Part shown: positions 8,666 to 18,385 of the stretch, one piece after another
How the letters are laid out: the number at the start of each line of letters is the position of its first letter
Numbering within the stretch: position 1 is the stretch's first letter
IMG/VR virus record: IMGVR_UViG_3300008113_000348
Coordinates: 1-25,606 of that record
DNA from: a virus
Taxonomy: Duplodnaviria > Caudoviricetes
Strand: one strand, 5' to 3'
DNA: 25,606 bases
Notes under the pieces: generated by a model
What the model was told of the DNA's origin: nothing
Seen by the model: only the letters and a program-made list of their open reading frames with translations
The model's database searches: none
Made by a program: the position numbers and the translations under genes

Positions 8666-10487
8666 AACTATCGAATTAAAAAAAGAAAAAAAGCCCGTTT
8701 GGATTGCAGCCATTGCCCGAGGCCATAACAGTGGTGTTTGCCTGTTAAAAGACGGCGAAATCGTTTTTGCTATCGAAGAAGAAAGATTCACAAGACAAAA
8801 ATATGACGGTGGACCACTTGCGTCTATGGTCAAGATTTTAGAATACACAGACAAATTAGATTACCTAATTGTTGCCCACACACAAAATCTGCAAGAAACT
8901 GCAGGAAAAATTGACTATACCGGCGATGATATCTATACTGGCTTGGCTAGGAAATTAAATCTAATCGATCGCAAAGTCAAAGATCTGCATCGTCACCCAC
9001 AGGTCATTGATCTAAGTTTCATGCATCACAAATTGCATTCTGCTTGTGCTTTTTATCGCAGCGGTTTCAAAGATGCTGTTAGTTTAGTAGTGGATGGTGC
9101 AGGTACATTTTATCAAATGTCTTATAATGAAATGCCAATGTGGGTATGGGAAGTAGAATCTATTATTAACTGTGATTATCCTGCAGAATTTAAGACACTT
9201 TACAAACATTACGGAACCAAAGAACCTATCGCAGGCGCTTACATGCCTAACTTCCCGTCTAGTAATCTAGGCGAAGATGGCGAAACGCATGAAGCATGGG
9301 TAACTGATCGTGCAGGTATTGTTAAGGCCTATGAAGGAGTTACAGAATACTGCGGTTTTTCAGCGATTGAGGCTGGTAAGACTATGGGATTATTTCCTTA
9401 TGGTAAGCCCAACGATAAGATTCCTCCGCTGTTTGATGACACATCAAAGATTCCGTTAACTAACAGAAACTTGTTTGTTCCTAAATATCCAATGAGCAGT
9501 ATGGTCAATGGATATCTTTTCGACTTCCTAGACGAAATGCCTCAGAATCCAGGCGACGATGTTACATATCTACAAAGTCGCAGAGACATGGCATATGCTG
9601 TGCAGACCCAGACACAAGAACAAGTTCTTAAGTTAATCAAAGAATCAGTTAAGCGAACTGGTCGCAAGAATGTTGTTCTCAGCGGCGGTTATGGTCTGAA
9701 CTGTGTGGCCAACTATTATTACCTCACAGAACTAAACAAAGAAGGTATTAATTTATACGTTGAACCTATCAGTAATGATGCAGGTACAGCCATTGGTGCT
9801 GCTCTTATGTTCTGGCACGGTATGCATCATGATGAAACTATTCGTGTTCATGACAGTTTATATCTTGGTCCTGTGTATACATATTCTGTTGATGAAATCG
9901 AAAGCAAAGTCTCTGCTATCAAAGATGCAGCAGTTACTGATGCCACACACAAAGATGTTGTTAAGTTGTTGCGTGAAAAGAACATCGTTACTATTTTCCA
10001 GGGACGATCTGAAAACGGTCCTAGAGCATTAGGCAATCGCTCTGTGCTGTTTGATCCAACATTCCCAGACGGCAAAGATTATGTTAATATGGTCAAACAT
10101 AGAGAATATTTCCGTCCGTTTGCAGGATCTATTCTAGAAGACGATGTACACGAGTGGTTTGATTTACGCGGTATGAAAAATTCACCGTTTATGATGTATG
10201 CTGTAAACTGCCAACCCGGAATTGAAGAAAAAATTCCTAGCATTATTCACGAAGATCATACCTGCCGTATCCAAACAGTTAATCGTGATCAAAATCCTCA
10301 TTATTACGATCTAATCAAAACATTCAAAGACGAAACTGGAATCCCTATTATTTTTAATACCAGTTTCAATCTAGGTGGCGAACCTTTGGTAGAAACACTA
10401 GATGATGCACTGTGGACTCTAGAAAAGTCCGATATTGAGTATCTGTATCTTCCTGAATACGGAAAATTAATTAAAGTTCCTAATTAA
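8655..10487 (+). CDS. Carbamoyltransferase, NodU/CmcH/TobZ family
   Basis: Motifs EEERFTRQKYD, HHKLH (metal), VVDGAG, GKTMGLFPYG, LSGGYGLNCVAN, NDAGTAIGAA, QGRSENGPRALGNRS, KHREYFRPFA, NTSFNLGGEPLV. Confidence 0.93.
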   Translation: MTVKTIELKKEKKPVWIAAIARGHNSGVCLLKDGEIVFAIEEERFTRQKYDGGPLASMVKILEYTDKLDYLIVAHTQNLQETAGKIDYTGDDIYTGLARKLNLIDRKVKDLHRHPQVIDLSFMHHKLHSACAFYRSGFKDAVSLVVDGAGTFYQMSYNEMPMWVWEVESIINCDYPAEFKTLYKHYGTKEPIAGAYMPNFPSSNLGEDGETHEAWVTDRAGIVKAYEGVTEYCGFSAIEAGKTMGLFPYGKPNDKIPPLFDDTSKIPLTNRNLFVPKYPMSSMVNGYLFDFLDEMPQNPGDDVTYLQSRRDMAYAVQTQTQEQVLKLIKESVKRTGRKNVVLSGGYGLNCVANYYYLTELNKEGINLYVEPISNDAGTAIGAALMFWHGMHHDETIRVHDSLYLGPVYTYSVDEIESKVSAIKDAAVTDATHKDVVKLLREKNIVTIFQGRSENGPRALGNRSVLFDPTFPDGKDYVNMVKHREYFRPFAGSILEDDVHEWFDLRGMKNSPFMMYAVNCQPGIEEKIPSIIHEDHTCRIQTVNRDQNPHYYDLIKTFKDETGIPIIFNTSFNLGGEPLVETLDDALWTLEKSDIEYLYLPEYGKLIKVPN

Positions 10488-10492
10488 GGTAT

Positions 10493-10526
10493 ATCCGATC
10501 TATGGTAAATACACTATAGATCGGAT
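10493..10526 (+). promoter_or_regulatory. Hairpin (possible terminator) with late-promoter-like TAAATA at its loop
   Basis: Perfect 11-bp inverted repeat ATCCGATCTAT (10493-10503) / ATAGATCGGAT (10516-10526), TAAATA at 10506-10511, followed by TTCTT and the ATG at 10532. Confidence 0.6.
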
Positions 10527-10531
10527 TTCTT

Positions 10532-10969
10532 ATGTTAAATTTTGCTAGTTTTTTCTTACAAGGATTAAAAAATACTCTACGTTTACAAAACGGAGTAAAT
10601 TTCTCCTATAAAGGGCCGTGGATGCTCTTTACAGAAAATGCCGTTTTAGATGAATTCTATGTGGGCGACTTCATGGCTGCGGAATATACCATTGTTGTAG
10701 ACGCAGGTAACACAAGAAAAGAAATGATCAAAGCCCTAGTAGTAGCAGGGCCAGAATCTGCCACAGTTACAGTCTATGGCAGAACCAATCTCAACGAAAA
10801 TCTAATAGATCTGAACGTTCTAGTTACTGCGTCAAAATGCTCTGTGACTATTCGTGGAGCCAGCAGTCCTACAGACAGTACCTACGATAATTCGACTCTG
10901 CTGACGGGTGCTAAGGTGATTTACAGTGCTAATTATTATCATACTGTAAACGCTCTGGTACCTTATTAA
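10532..10969 (+). CDS. Hypothetical virion-associated protein (145 aa)
   Basis: Beta-rich ORF filling the gap downstream of a late-type motif; AAEYTI...K(E)...LVVA...TVYGR pattern seen in fibre C-terminal-like domains. Confidence 0.55.
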   Translation: MLNFASFFLQGLKNTLRLQNGVNFSYKGPWMLFTENAVLDEFYVGDFMAAEYTIVVDAGNTRKEMIKALVVAGPESATVTVYGRTNLNENLIDLNVLVTASKCSVTIRGASSPTDSTYDNSTLLTGAKVIYSANYYHTVNALVPY

Positions 10970-10982
10970 ATCATACCCTGAC

Positions 10983-10988
10983 TAAATA
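10983..10988 (+). promoter_or_regulatory. Putative late promoter (TAAATA)
   Basis: Core of the T4 late promoter TATAAATA, in the intergenic region upstream of structural genes. Confidence 0.55.
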
Positions 10989-11038
10989 CTATCATAGTCT
11001 TTGTAGTAGTTGTAGTAGGAGTGATAGCGGAGATCTAA

Positions 11039-11635
11039 ATGTCAATCAATTATATACCTTTTGAGTCTAAAAGCGGGTTTCGTAGCCCAGGGTTCTCAGT
11101 AGACGAATTAGGCAACGTACAAGTAAAAACCCTTGAAGTTGGTGGTCAAGGTGAGGAAAGCATTCTACGTGCTGACCAAATTTATGTAAAAAATATCCAA
11201 TTAATAGAAGCCGATTTTGACGAATCGTCGCTGGTTGCTTTAGGCAGTCAGATCATTGGAAGTTCTCTAACACGACTAGGGACATTAGAATATCTAAACA
11301 TTGACGGAGATCTACGTATCGCCCAAGGCTCGTCACCATACTTTAGTGTGGTCAACGGGCACGTTGAGATAGAAAGTTTTGCCGCAGTAGGCAGAATGGA
11401 TAATATCGAAATTGGATTACAAAATCCAGCAGCAGGAAATTTCACCACACTTAATGTAGGACCAGGCGACAGCGCAGGAGAATTAACTGTGCAAGGTAAT
11501 GCTAGTGTAACTAACGATATAAGTATAGGAGGCGATGTATCTATCACCAATGCTCCTTCTTTGAACTCACACGCTACAAGAAAAGATTATGTTGATGCAA
11601 GAATTTCTGCGTTTGCTATTGCTTTTGGAGCATAA
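11039..11635 (+). CDS. Hypothetical virion structural / fibre-like protein (198 aa)
   Basis: GGAG RBS; GSSLTRLGTL, DNIEIG...PAAGNFT and HATRKDYVD fibre-shaft motifs; C-terminal AFAIAFG tail common in such phage proteins. Confidence 0.6.
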   Translation: MSINYIPFESKSGFRSPGFSVDELGNVQVKTLEVGGQGEESILRADQIYVKNIQLIEADFDESSLVALGSQIIGSSLTRLGTLEYLNIDGDLRIAQGSSPYFSVVNGHVEIESFAAVGRMDNIEIGLQNPAAGNFTTLNVGPGDSAGELTVQGNASVTNDISIGGDVSITNAPSLNSHATRKDYVDARISAFAIAFGA

Positions 11636-11646
11636 GGAAAATATAA

Positions 11647-14600
11647 ATGGCTAAGAAACAATTAAAAAATTATGTATTTGAACCGGGTATCAGTAAAAAT
11701 GATAACCTATACCCTAAAGCAGTAGCCTTACTATCTGCCAACAAAGCCTTTTTACAGGCACAGGTGGTATCGTTTATCAATAACCAAATAGCAAATAACG
11801 TTGCTCCATATGTGAGTTACACATATGCCAGTCAGAAATGTACCAGAGACGTAGGATTTTTTATTGATGCAATATTAAACGATCTAAGATACGGCGGCAA
11901 TGTCAAATGCCGACAGGTGGCTGATTATTTCTGGATCGATGGCGAGCCGCAGATTCGAGGTGATGTTGCTCCGGAAACAACTGCACAAACATATCTTAGA
12001 ACTATCATTAATAGTTTTATTTTCACAAATACCGCAGTATCTCCTAGTTATGGTAATACTGTTTCACAGGCTTTTATCCTTGGACAAAATGCAGAAGTAG
12101 GTGCAGATACTAGAAACACTGCGCTATGGAATATTTTCACAGATGTTATCACCAACGGTACATCTGCTATGCCAGCAAAAGTTCCTGGCGTATCTTCTAT
12201 TCGTTTAATCGGACAGATAGACATAAGTTCTATTTTATTGATTACAGACGTCAACAGCGGACAAATACTTTATAATTTTGCTGATGCTAGTAACACTGTT
12301 ACAGTATACTATAAACAAGGCCGCAGCAGCAGTGACGGACAACTGTTAAGTGATGTAGATTTTCAATCTTGGTGGCAGGCCAGCGATGCTATCACTGACC
12401 TATATCTTAGCACAGATACCAGCAATCTTTCAACAGGGTCTGAATTACAGATTTTCGTAGAAGAAGAATATCAAACTATTAGACCTTGGCAGTTTGGCAC
12501 AGATGCTATTGAGCGTATGCGTGTGGCTGCTCCACAGGCCATGCTTGACGCTGACTTTGAGTACGGACTACAACCTACTAAGTGGCAGGCGTTAGGTACT
12601 ATTCGCATGTATCCTTCAGTTTACGAAGTTCCTGGTACAGACCTAGGAGTTGCCAACGTTATCACAGATGCTTCAGTGAATACAGGCGGTTTTGGTTCTT
12701 CGTTGATTACTGTTACTACTTCTGGTGTACACGGGTTTACAGTAGGACAACCTATAACAGTCAAAGGCCTTAATGCAGGATTAAGTGGTTTTGCTAGAGC
12801 AGAGGGATCGTTTTTAATTTATAGCATTCCGAGTTCTGTAAGTTTTACCTATTTTGCCAGTGCTAAGGTTGGTACCAATAACGGCGATAGTTTGTTTACT
12901 ACTTTTACACAGATCAGACAAGCAGGATTTTATACTGGAGCATCTATTGGTACTCCAACATTTTCAGTGTTTAGTAACGGTACTACCAACAACATTACAT
13001 CTAAGTTTGATACCCCATCGGGCAGTTTTTCTATAGCCTTTAACGGAACTTCTCCAACGGTAGGTTCTCCTATTTCTGGAAGCCCAAATATTGCTGCTGG
13101 TACTTCAGTGGCTGGTGTGATTGGATCAGGCACTATAGTAGCAAACGTTAAAGAAACTGTTAGTTCAACATCGGACACTATTATAACATTAGTGGACTTA
13201 ACAGGTATACAACAACAAATGGCGATCGATGCTGCCGGCGATGCTGTGTTCATTAACTCGATATCAGGAGATCAATTAACACTCTCGGGCCCAATAGGAG
13301 CCACTTATACAGGTGCCAATGGTGTCAGCGAAACAGTTACTGGCACAAATATTACTCCTATCGGCACAGGTGCAACATTTACAGTTTTTAGAAGTTCAGG
13401 ATTTTATACAGTTACAGATGCCGGTGATAGTACATGGAACGGAACCAATTATGCCGTAGGTGATAATTTATTAATTTTAGGAACTGCATTAGGTGGTGCC
13501 ACACCTGCCAACGATGTCACGGTTGTAGTTACTGCTATTGACTCAGGCGGCGCAATTGAAGGTTTTACATCTGCAGGTAATGCAATTACCGGCGGCGCCA
13601 CATACACTAACGTAGCACAATTTTCCAGCACCGGCGGCGGATCAGGATTTTTAATAGACGTTATTCGAGCAGGCGGAACAGGAACATATAGTATAACACT
13701 AGCCGCAGGCGGAACTAGTTATAATCCCGGCGATACTGTGACGTTTGCAGGTACTGACTTAGGTGGAATAAGCCCTGACAACGATATTGTGATCCAAATT
13801 AACGGAGTAGGCTTTCCTAATCAAAACGTAGTAGACTATGAAATTATTGGATCACCAGTAGGAGCATCAGGCGATGCATCATATACATCATTGTCTGCCT
13901 CTAATATTCCAGCATCGGGTTCTGGTGCTGAGTTTGATATCACTAGAAACAACGGAGTCTATACCGCAGCCATTGCAGCCCTAGGCGACGGCGGGGGCAG
14001 TTATAATGTTGGAAATAGAATTAGAATTTTAGGTACAAGTTTAGGTGGTGTATCGCCAGCAAATGACTGTACCATAAGAGTCACTGGTGCAGTTGGTGGG
14101 ATTATCTCATCTGCAACCGCAGAAGGAACTCCTTTTGCAGGCGACACAATTTCTGTCTATCCAACATTGAGTATCAGTGAAGCATTAACAGGAACAATAC
14201 TAGACGGATCAGTTTTAAACACCGGTGCTATTGCCACTGTACAAGTAGACTTTAGTTCTCCACACGGACTAGTTCCTGGAACTACTATTCTTACACAGGT
14301 AACTTCACAACCTGCCCCTGATTTTGCATCAGAGGCCAGAACCTTACCTGCTTCTGGAACATGGACAGGCACAGCAGGACTGGGTGGAATATTCGTTGCT
14401 GTATTATCTGGATCTAGCGTTTCTGCTAGATCAACAGATGGCCAAACATGGGGAGCAGGTGGCACTATGCCTTCCGGTGCTGCTTGGAAATCGGTAGCCG
14501 GCGGCACTATAGGATCAACTAATTATTTTGTAGCGGTGGCAACAACTTCTTCAAACGCTGCTGCATGGTCATCAAATGGTGGCACTACATGGTCTGCTTC

Positions 14601-17600
14601 TACATTGCCAAGTTCTGCAAACTGGAGTTCAATAACATTCGGTGACGGCAGGTTTGTAGCAGTTGCTTCGGGAGGAACTGCCACAGCATTTTCCACAGAC
14701 GGTGGACAAACTTGGTCAGCAGGCGGTGCATTATCAACTTCAACTACATGGACTGATGTAGCAGCAGGTCTAGTAGGTACCAGCGTTTATTTTGTAGCCA
14801 TTGCATCGGGAGGTACAGTAGCAAACTATTCTGCAGATGGCGGCGTATCTTGGATAGCCACTGGAGCATTGCCAGCAACTGCAACATGGACTAGTTTAAC
14901 ATATGGAAATAACAGATTTTTTGCTGTGGCCTCTGGCGGAACTAATGCTGCATTTTCAACTAATGGCACAACATGGACAGCAGCAACCTTACCTAGCAGT
15001 GCAAGTTGGAGTTCAGTGGCCTATGGCGATGACGTGTTTGTTGTAGTGGCTTCGGGCAGCACATCAGCACTGACCTCATTTACTGGTGAAACCGGTTCGT
15101 TTACTTCAAGAACATTGGCTAGTTCTTCTAACTGGTCTGAAATTTCATATACTGCCTATACTGGTTTTGGTAGATTCGTTGCAGTAGGAAATACTAATGC
15201 GGCTCAAAGCATAGACCTTACTTCTGCAAATCATCAATTAGGCACTGGTCCTCACGTAGTAACTGCTGTTCCTGCTGCAAATACTATAAGATTCCCAGCA
15301 AGAACTACTGGCACTATTAATACAACAGCAGCCTCAATGACCGGTGTTGTATATGCAAGGCCCGATGCGTTCTTTACCCATAGACCGTTTGACGGCGGTG
15401 TACAATTAGGTACAGGAAATCCAAGCCACGGTGCACAGGCCATACGTCAAAGTAAAAAATACATCCGTTATCAATCTGGTAAAGGCATGATGTACACCAC
15501 TGGTGGTTTATTTGCTCCTAGTTACAATATTGCAAGTGCTACAGCCGTTGATACTGTGATTAATAGTTTTATCACAGTAACCCTAGATGACACAGATCAC
15601 GGTCTACAACCAGGCGCTACTGTTGAAATCATAGGCATGTTATCATTTGAGTACAACGGAGAATACACAGTTGAAAGTATTGTTGATGCTCGCAGATTCC
15701 GTGTTAGAGCAGGAGTAACACTAAGCACAACATCGGCTCAATTAGGACCTGATTGTAAAGTATTATTAAAACGCTGGCACGGTGCCACAGTTCGTATCGG
15801 TGCATTTGACGAACAGAATGGTATTTTCTATCAATACGACGGTCAAGAAATGGCAGTGGTTAGAAGATCTAGCACAAATCAATTAACTGGTACAATATCT
15901 GTTTCTGTTGATAGTAATAGCATTTTTGGTGCTGGAACTAGATTTACCGAACAATTAAAAGTTGGAGATAAAATCGTTATTAGAGGTATGAGCCATCTAG
16001 TAACTTCTATCAGCAATAATACATCTATGACAGTGGCTCCGGACTGGAGAGGTGCTAACAGTATTTCTGGTGCTAAGATTTGCGTTACTGAGGAATTATA
16101 TATTCCTCAAAGCCAATGGAATCTTGACAAGCTGGATGGCACTGGACCTAGCGGATACAACTTATTACCTTGGCGTATGCAGATGTTAGGTATGCAATAT
16201 TCATGGTATGCTGCTGGTTTCATTGAATGGATGTTGCGTGGTGCAGATGGTAGATTTGTATTCCTACATAAAGTTAGAAATTCAAACGTAAACACAGAAG
16301 CATATATGCGTACTGCTAACTTGCCTGTGCGTTACGAAGTTGAAAACAGATCAGCCGTAGGAAAATTGGCTGCAACCATTACTAGCACAGCAACTAGTTT
16401 AAGAGTCACTGATGCCAGTCGCTTCCCAACATCCGGAACACTGTATATTGACAACGAATTAATTTCTTATTCTGGAAAATCTGGAAACACGTTAACTAGT
16501 TTGACTAGGGCCGCAACTTTCTTGGCCTTTACTGCTGGACAGAATAGAACTTTTTCTGGAGGAGCAGCAGTTTCTCATACTGAAGGAGCAGGTGTAACAC
16601 TAGTAAGTTGCACAACTAGCCCAACAATCAGCCACTGGGGTTCTGCTCTATTAACAGATGGATTATTTGACGAAGATCGAGGCTACATTTTTAACTATGC
16701 TGCAACGGGTTTGAGTATTACCACTGCCAAACAAACAGCATTTATGATTCGATTAGCACCTTCAGTTTCTAACGCTATTGTTGGAGACCTAGGAGAAAGA
16801 GATCTTCTTAATAGAGCGCAGTTATTGTTAAATGAAATTGCTATTACCAGCGATACTGGTACAGGTGCTATCGTTGTTGAAGGTATTCTAAACCCAAGAA
16901 ATTATCCTGCTAACCCAACCAACATTACCTGGGCTGGATTAGCAAGTTCAGCGGCTGGTGGCCAGCCAAGTTTCGCACAGATTGCACTGGGCGGTTCTAT
17001 TAACTGGGGCGGTGTGCCTTTGACCACAACCACAGCAACTATTCAAGGTGCATTAACAACAACAATAACAGCGAGAGGCTTCTCTACAGTTAATCAAACA
17101 TTAACTGCTATAGCAAACAATGGATTTAGAACTCAGGCTTTTCAAAATACTCAAAATGATTTTTATATAACCAACGCTGCATTTGATAGTTTACAGGCTG
17201 GTGCAACACCTATACGTGTTGGAGATAGACTAAGTCTAACAACATTTATCACTGGTGGTCAAACTATTTCTAATTTTACAAGAAACTATTTGAACAGCGG
17301 TTTTACTAGAATAGTAATGAGCGCCAATGCTAACGGTAATAGTGCTGCATTTGCCAACCAATCTGTAACCTGTACAAATAGTATTTCAACTGGTTATGCC
17401 AGTGCGTTTGTTAACGGTAGAACAGATTTCTTGATTGCAGATACAGATCTTACTGCATCAAATTTAACAGTTGGTGATACATTAAGTGTGGCTTCATTCT
17501 TAATCAGCAGTCAAACAGTACAATCTATCACACAGACATTTGCAAGAGTTTCTGGAACTAACTTTACTCGTATAGTTATGAGTTCTGCTGCAAACGCTAC

Positions 17601-18108
17601 TCAAGCAGCCAATACTAATACCACTACAACTGTAACTGCATCGGGTACAGGTGCTAGTTATGCTGGTAACTTTATATTCTTTACACAAGCAACTTGGAAT
17701 AACTCCGGAGCGTCAGTAGGTACTCGAGTCGCTACTAGTTTTACACAGTTCCCCGCAGGAACTGCGGTATCTGCAGTAGGCACAAGAAGATTAGGTACTA
17801 CCACAGTGATACGTGCAACATTTACTCAGACTCTTACTGCGTCAGTGAGTGCTGCAGGCACAGTGACATTCCAGTTTGGTGATCCGCAGTTTGCATTACC
17901 AGGAGAACAGGTTTTCTCTTTCGTTACTAACCCAGGTAACGTTGCTAACTTGAACTTAAAAGAACTTAAAGAGTTGACTACTACTGCAATCGGTGGTCGA
18001 GGTGCGTTCCCAAATGGTCCAGACGTACTGGCTATTAATGTGTTTAAGGTCTCAGGAACTGCTGCTCCTGGAGCGATTATTCTACGTTGGGGAGAGGCGC
18101 AGGCTTAA
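11647..18108 (+). CDS. Giant mosaic virion structural protein (2153 aa): helical N-terminus, FCCH-like beta-barrel repeats, BNR propeller, lectin/jelly-roll-like core
   Basis: KCTRDVG..DAI..DL.YGGN motif; DADFEYGLQPTKW and IRQSKKYIRYQSGKG core; HG(F/L)xxG repeats; three GxxYxxGD/N...GTxLGGxxPxND repeats; SxDGGxTW repeats; Thr/Ser/Gly-rich. Confidence 0.7.
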   Translation: MAKKQLKNYVFEPGISKNDNLYPKAVALLSANKAFLQAQVVSFINNQIANNVAPYVSYTYASQKCTRDVGFFIDAILNDLRYGGNVKCRQVADYFWIDGEPQIRGDVAPETTAQTYLRTIINSFIFTNTAVSPSYGNTVSQAFILGQNAEVGADTRNTALWNIFTDVITNGTSAMPAKVPGVSSIRLIGQIDISSILLITDVNSGQILYNFADASNTVTVYYKQGRSSSDGQLLSDVDFQSWWQASDAITDLYLSTDTSNLSTGSELQIFVEEEYQTIRPWQFGTDAIERMRVAAPQAMLDADFEYGLQPTKWQALGTIRMYPSVYEVPGTDLGVANVITDASVNTGGFGSSLITVTTSGVHGFTVGQPITVKGLNAGLSGFARAEGSFLIYSIPSSVSFTYFASAKVGTNNGDSLFTTFTQIRQAGFYTGASIGTPTFSVFSNGTTNNITSKFDTPSGSFSIAFNGTSPTVGSPISGSPNIAAGTSVAGVIGSGTIVANVKETVSSTSDTIITLVDLTGIQQQMAIDAAGDAVFINSISGDQLTLSGPIGATYTGANGVSETVTGTNITPIGTGATFTVFRSSGFYTVTDAGDSTWNGTNYAVGDNLLILGTALGGATPANDVTVVVTAIDSGGAIEGFTSAGNAITGGATYTNVAQFSSTGGGSGFLIDVIRAGGTGTYSITLAAGGTSYNPGDTVTFAGTDLGGISPDNDIVIQINGVGFPNQNVVDYEIIGSPVGASGDASYTSLSASNIPASGSGAEFDITRNNGVYTAAIAALGDGGGSYNVGNRIRILGTSLGGVSPANDCTIRVTGAVGGIISSATAEGTPFAGDTISVYPTLSISEALTGTILDGSVLNTGAIATVQVDFSSPHGLVPGTTILTQVTSQPAPDFASEARTLPASGTWTGTAGLGGIFVAVLSGSSVSARSTDGQTWGAGGTMPSGAAWKSVAGGTIGSTNYFVAVATTSSNAAAWSSNGGTTWSASTLPSSANWSSITFGDGRFVAVASGGTATAFSTDGGQTWSAGGALSTSTTWTDVAAGLVGTSVYFVAIASGGTVANYSADGGVSWIATGALPATATWTSLTYGNNRFFAVASGGTNAAFSTNGTTWTAATLPSSASWSSVAYGDDVFVVVASGSTSALTSFTGETGSFTSRTLASSSNWSEISYTAYTGFGRFVAVGNTNAAQSIDLTSANHQLGTGPHVVTAVPAANTIRFPARTTGTINTTAASMTGVVYARPDAFFTHRPFDGGVQLGTGNPSHGAQAIRQSKKYIRYQSGKGMMYTTGGLFAPSYNIASATAVDTVINSFITVTLDDTDHGLQPGATVEIIGMLSFEYNGEYTVESIVDARRFRVRAGVTLSTTSAQLGPDCKVLLKRWHGATVRIGAFDEQNGIFYQYDGQEMAVVRRSSTNQLTGTISVSVDSNSIFGAGTRFTEQLKVGDKIVIRGMSHLVTSISNNTSMTVAPDWRGANSISGAKICVTEELYIPQSQWNLDKLDGTGPSGYNLLPWRMQMLGMQYSWYAAGFIEWMLRGADGRFVFLHKVRNSNVNTEAYMRTANLPVRYEVENRSAVGKLAATITSTATSLRVTDASRFPTSGTLYIDNELISYSGKSGNTLTSLTRAATFLAFTAGQNRTFSGGAAVSHTEGAGVTLVSCTTSPTISHWGSALLTDGLFDEDRGYIFNYAATGLSITTAKQTAFMIRLAPSVSNAIVGDLGERDLLNRAQLLLNEIAITSDTGTGAIVVEGILNPRNYPANPTNITWAGLASSAAGGQPSFAQIALGGSINWGGVPLTTTTATIQGALTTTITARGFSTVNQTLTAIANNGFRTQAFQNTQNDFYITNAAFDSLQAGATPIRVGDRLSLTTFITGGQTISNFTRNYLNSGFTRIVMSANANGNSAAFANQSVTCTNSISTGYASAFVNGRTDFLIADTDLTASNLTVGDTLSVASFLISSQTVQSITQTFARVSGTNFTRIVMSSAANATQAANTNTTTTVTASGTGASYAGNFIFFTQATWNNSGASVGTRVATSFTQFPAGTAVSAVGTRRLGTTTVIRATFTQTLTASVSAAGTVTFQFGDPQFALPGEQVFSFVTNPGNVANLNLKELKELTTTAIGGRGAFPNGPDVLAINVFKVSGTAAPGAIILRWGEAQA

Positions 18109-18385
18109 CAGCGAACTTGTTACGTTCAAACTGATCTAATTTCGTATCAAGAGTTTTCTTTAAAGATACGATATTAGATCGGATATCGGTAACATCGTCG
18201 CCCATCCTGCCAGTTAATACAAGTTGATCGTGACTGCGATCAATATAACCAACCTGTTCTATCAACTGTTTAAAAACTTTAGTCAGTGCGGCTTTCGATC
18301 CCTCGTCAGTGATCGCATCGATCTTTTCTTGATATCTTTTACAGTCTTCTAAAAATCTAGGATTATTTGCTAATTTTGGAATCAT
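18077..18385 (-). CDS. Hypothetical alpha-helical protein (102 aa)
   Basis: ATGA overlap with the upstream Nudix-like gene; amphipathic, coiled-coil-like sequence. Confidence 0.65.
   Translation of the reverse strand: MIPKLANNPRFLEDCKRYQEKIDAITDEGSKAALTKVFKQLIEQVGYIDRSHDQLVLTGRMGDDVTDIRSNIVSLKKTLDTKLDQFERNKFAVKPAPLPNVE

Noticed and set aside
3700-10487. RiPP (glycocin-like) biosynthetic cluster
   Set aside because: The Cys-rich products are 330-410 aa with no leader/core layout, there is no peptidase or transporter, and the context is virion structural.
11001-11018. Tandem 9-mer TTGTAGTAG x2 upstream of the 198-aa gene
   Set aside because: Only two copies and low complexity; cannot be distinguished from chance.
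51-17688. Many short antisense or alternate-frame ORFs (60-116 aa) nested within the large genes
   Set aside because: They are shadows of biased codon usage in Thr/Ser/Gly/Ala-rich genes, with no RBS or recognisable motif.
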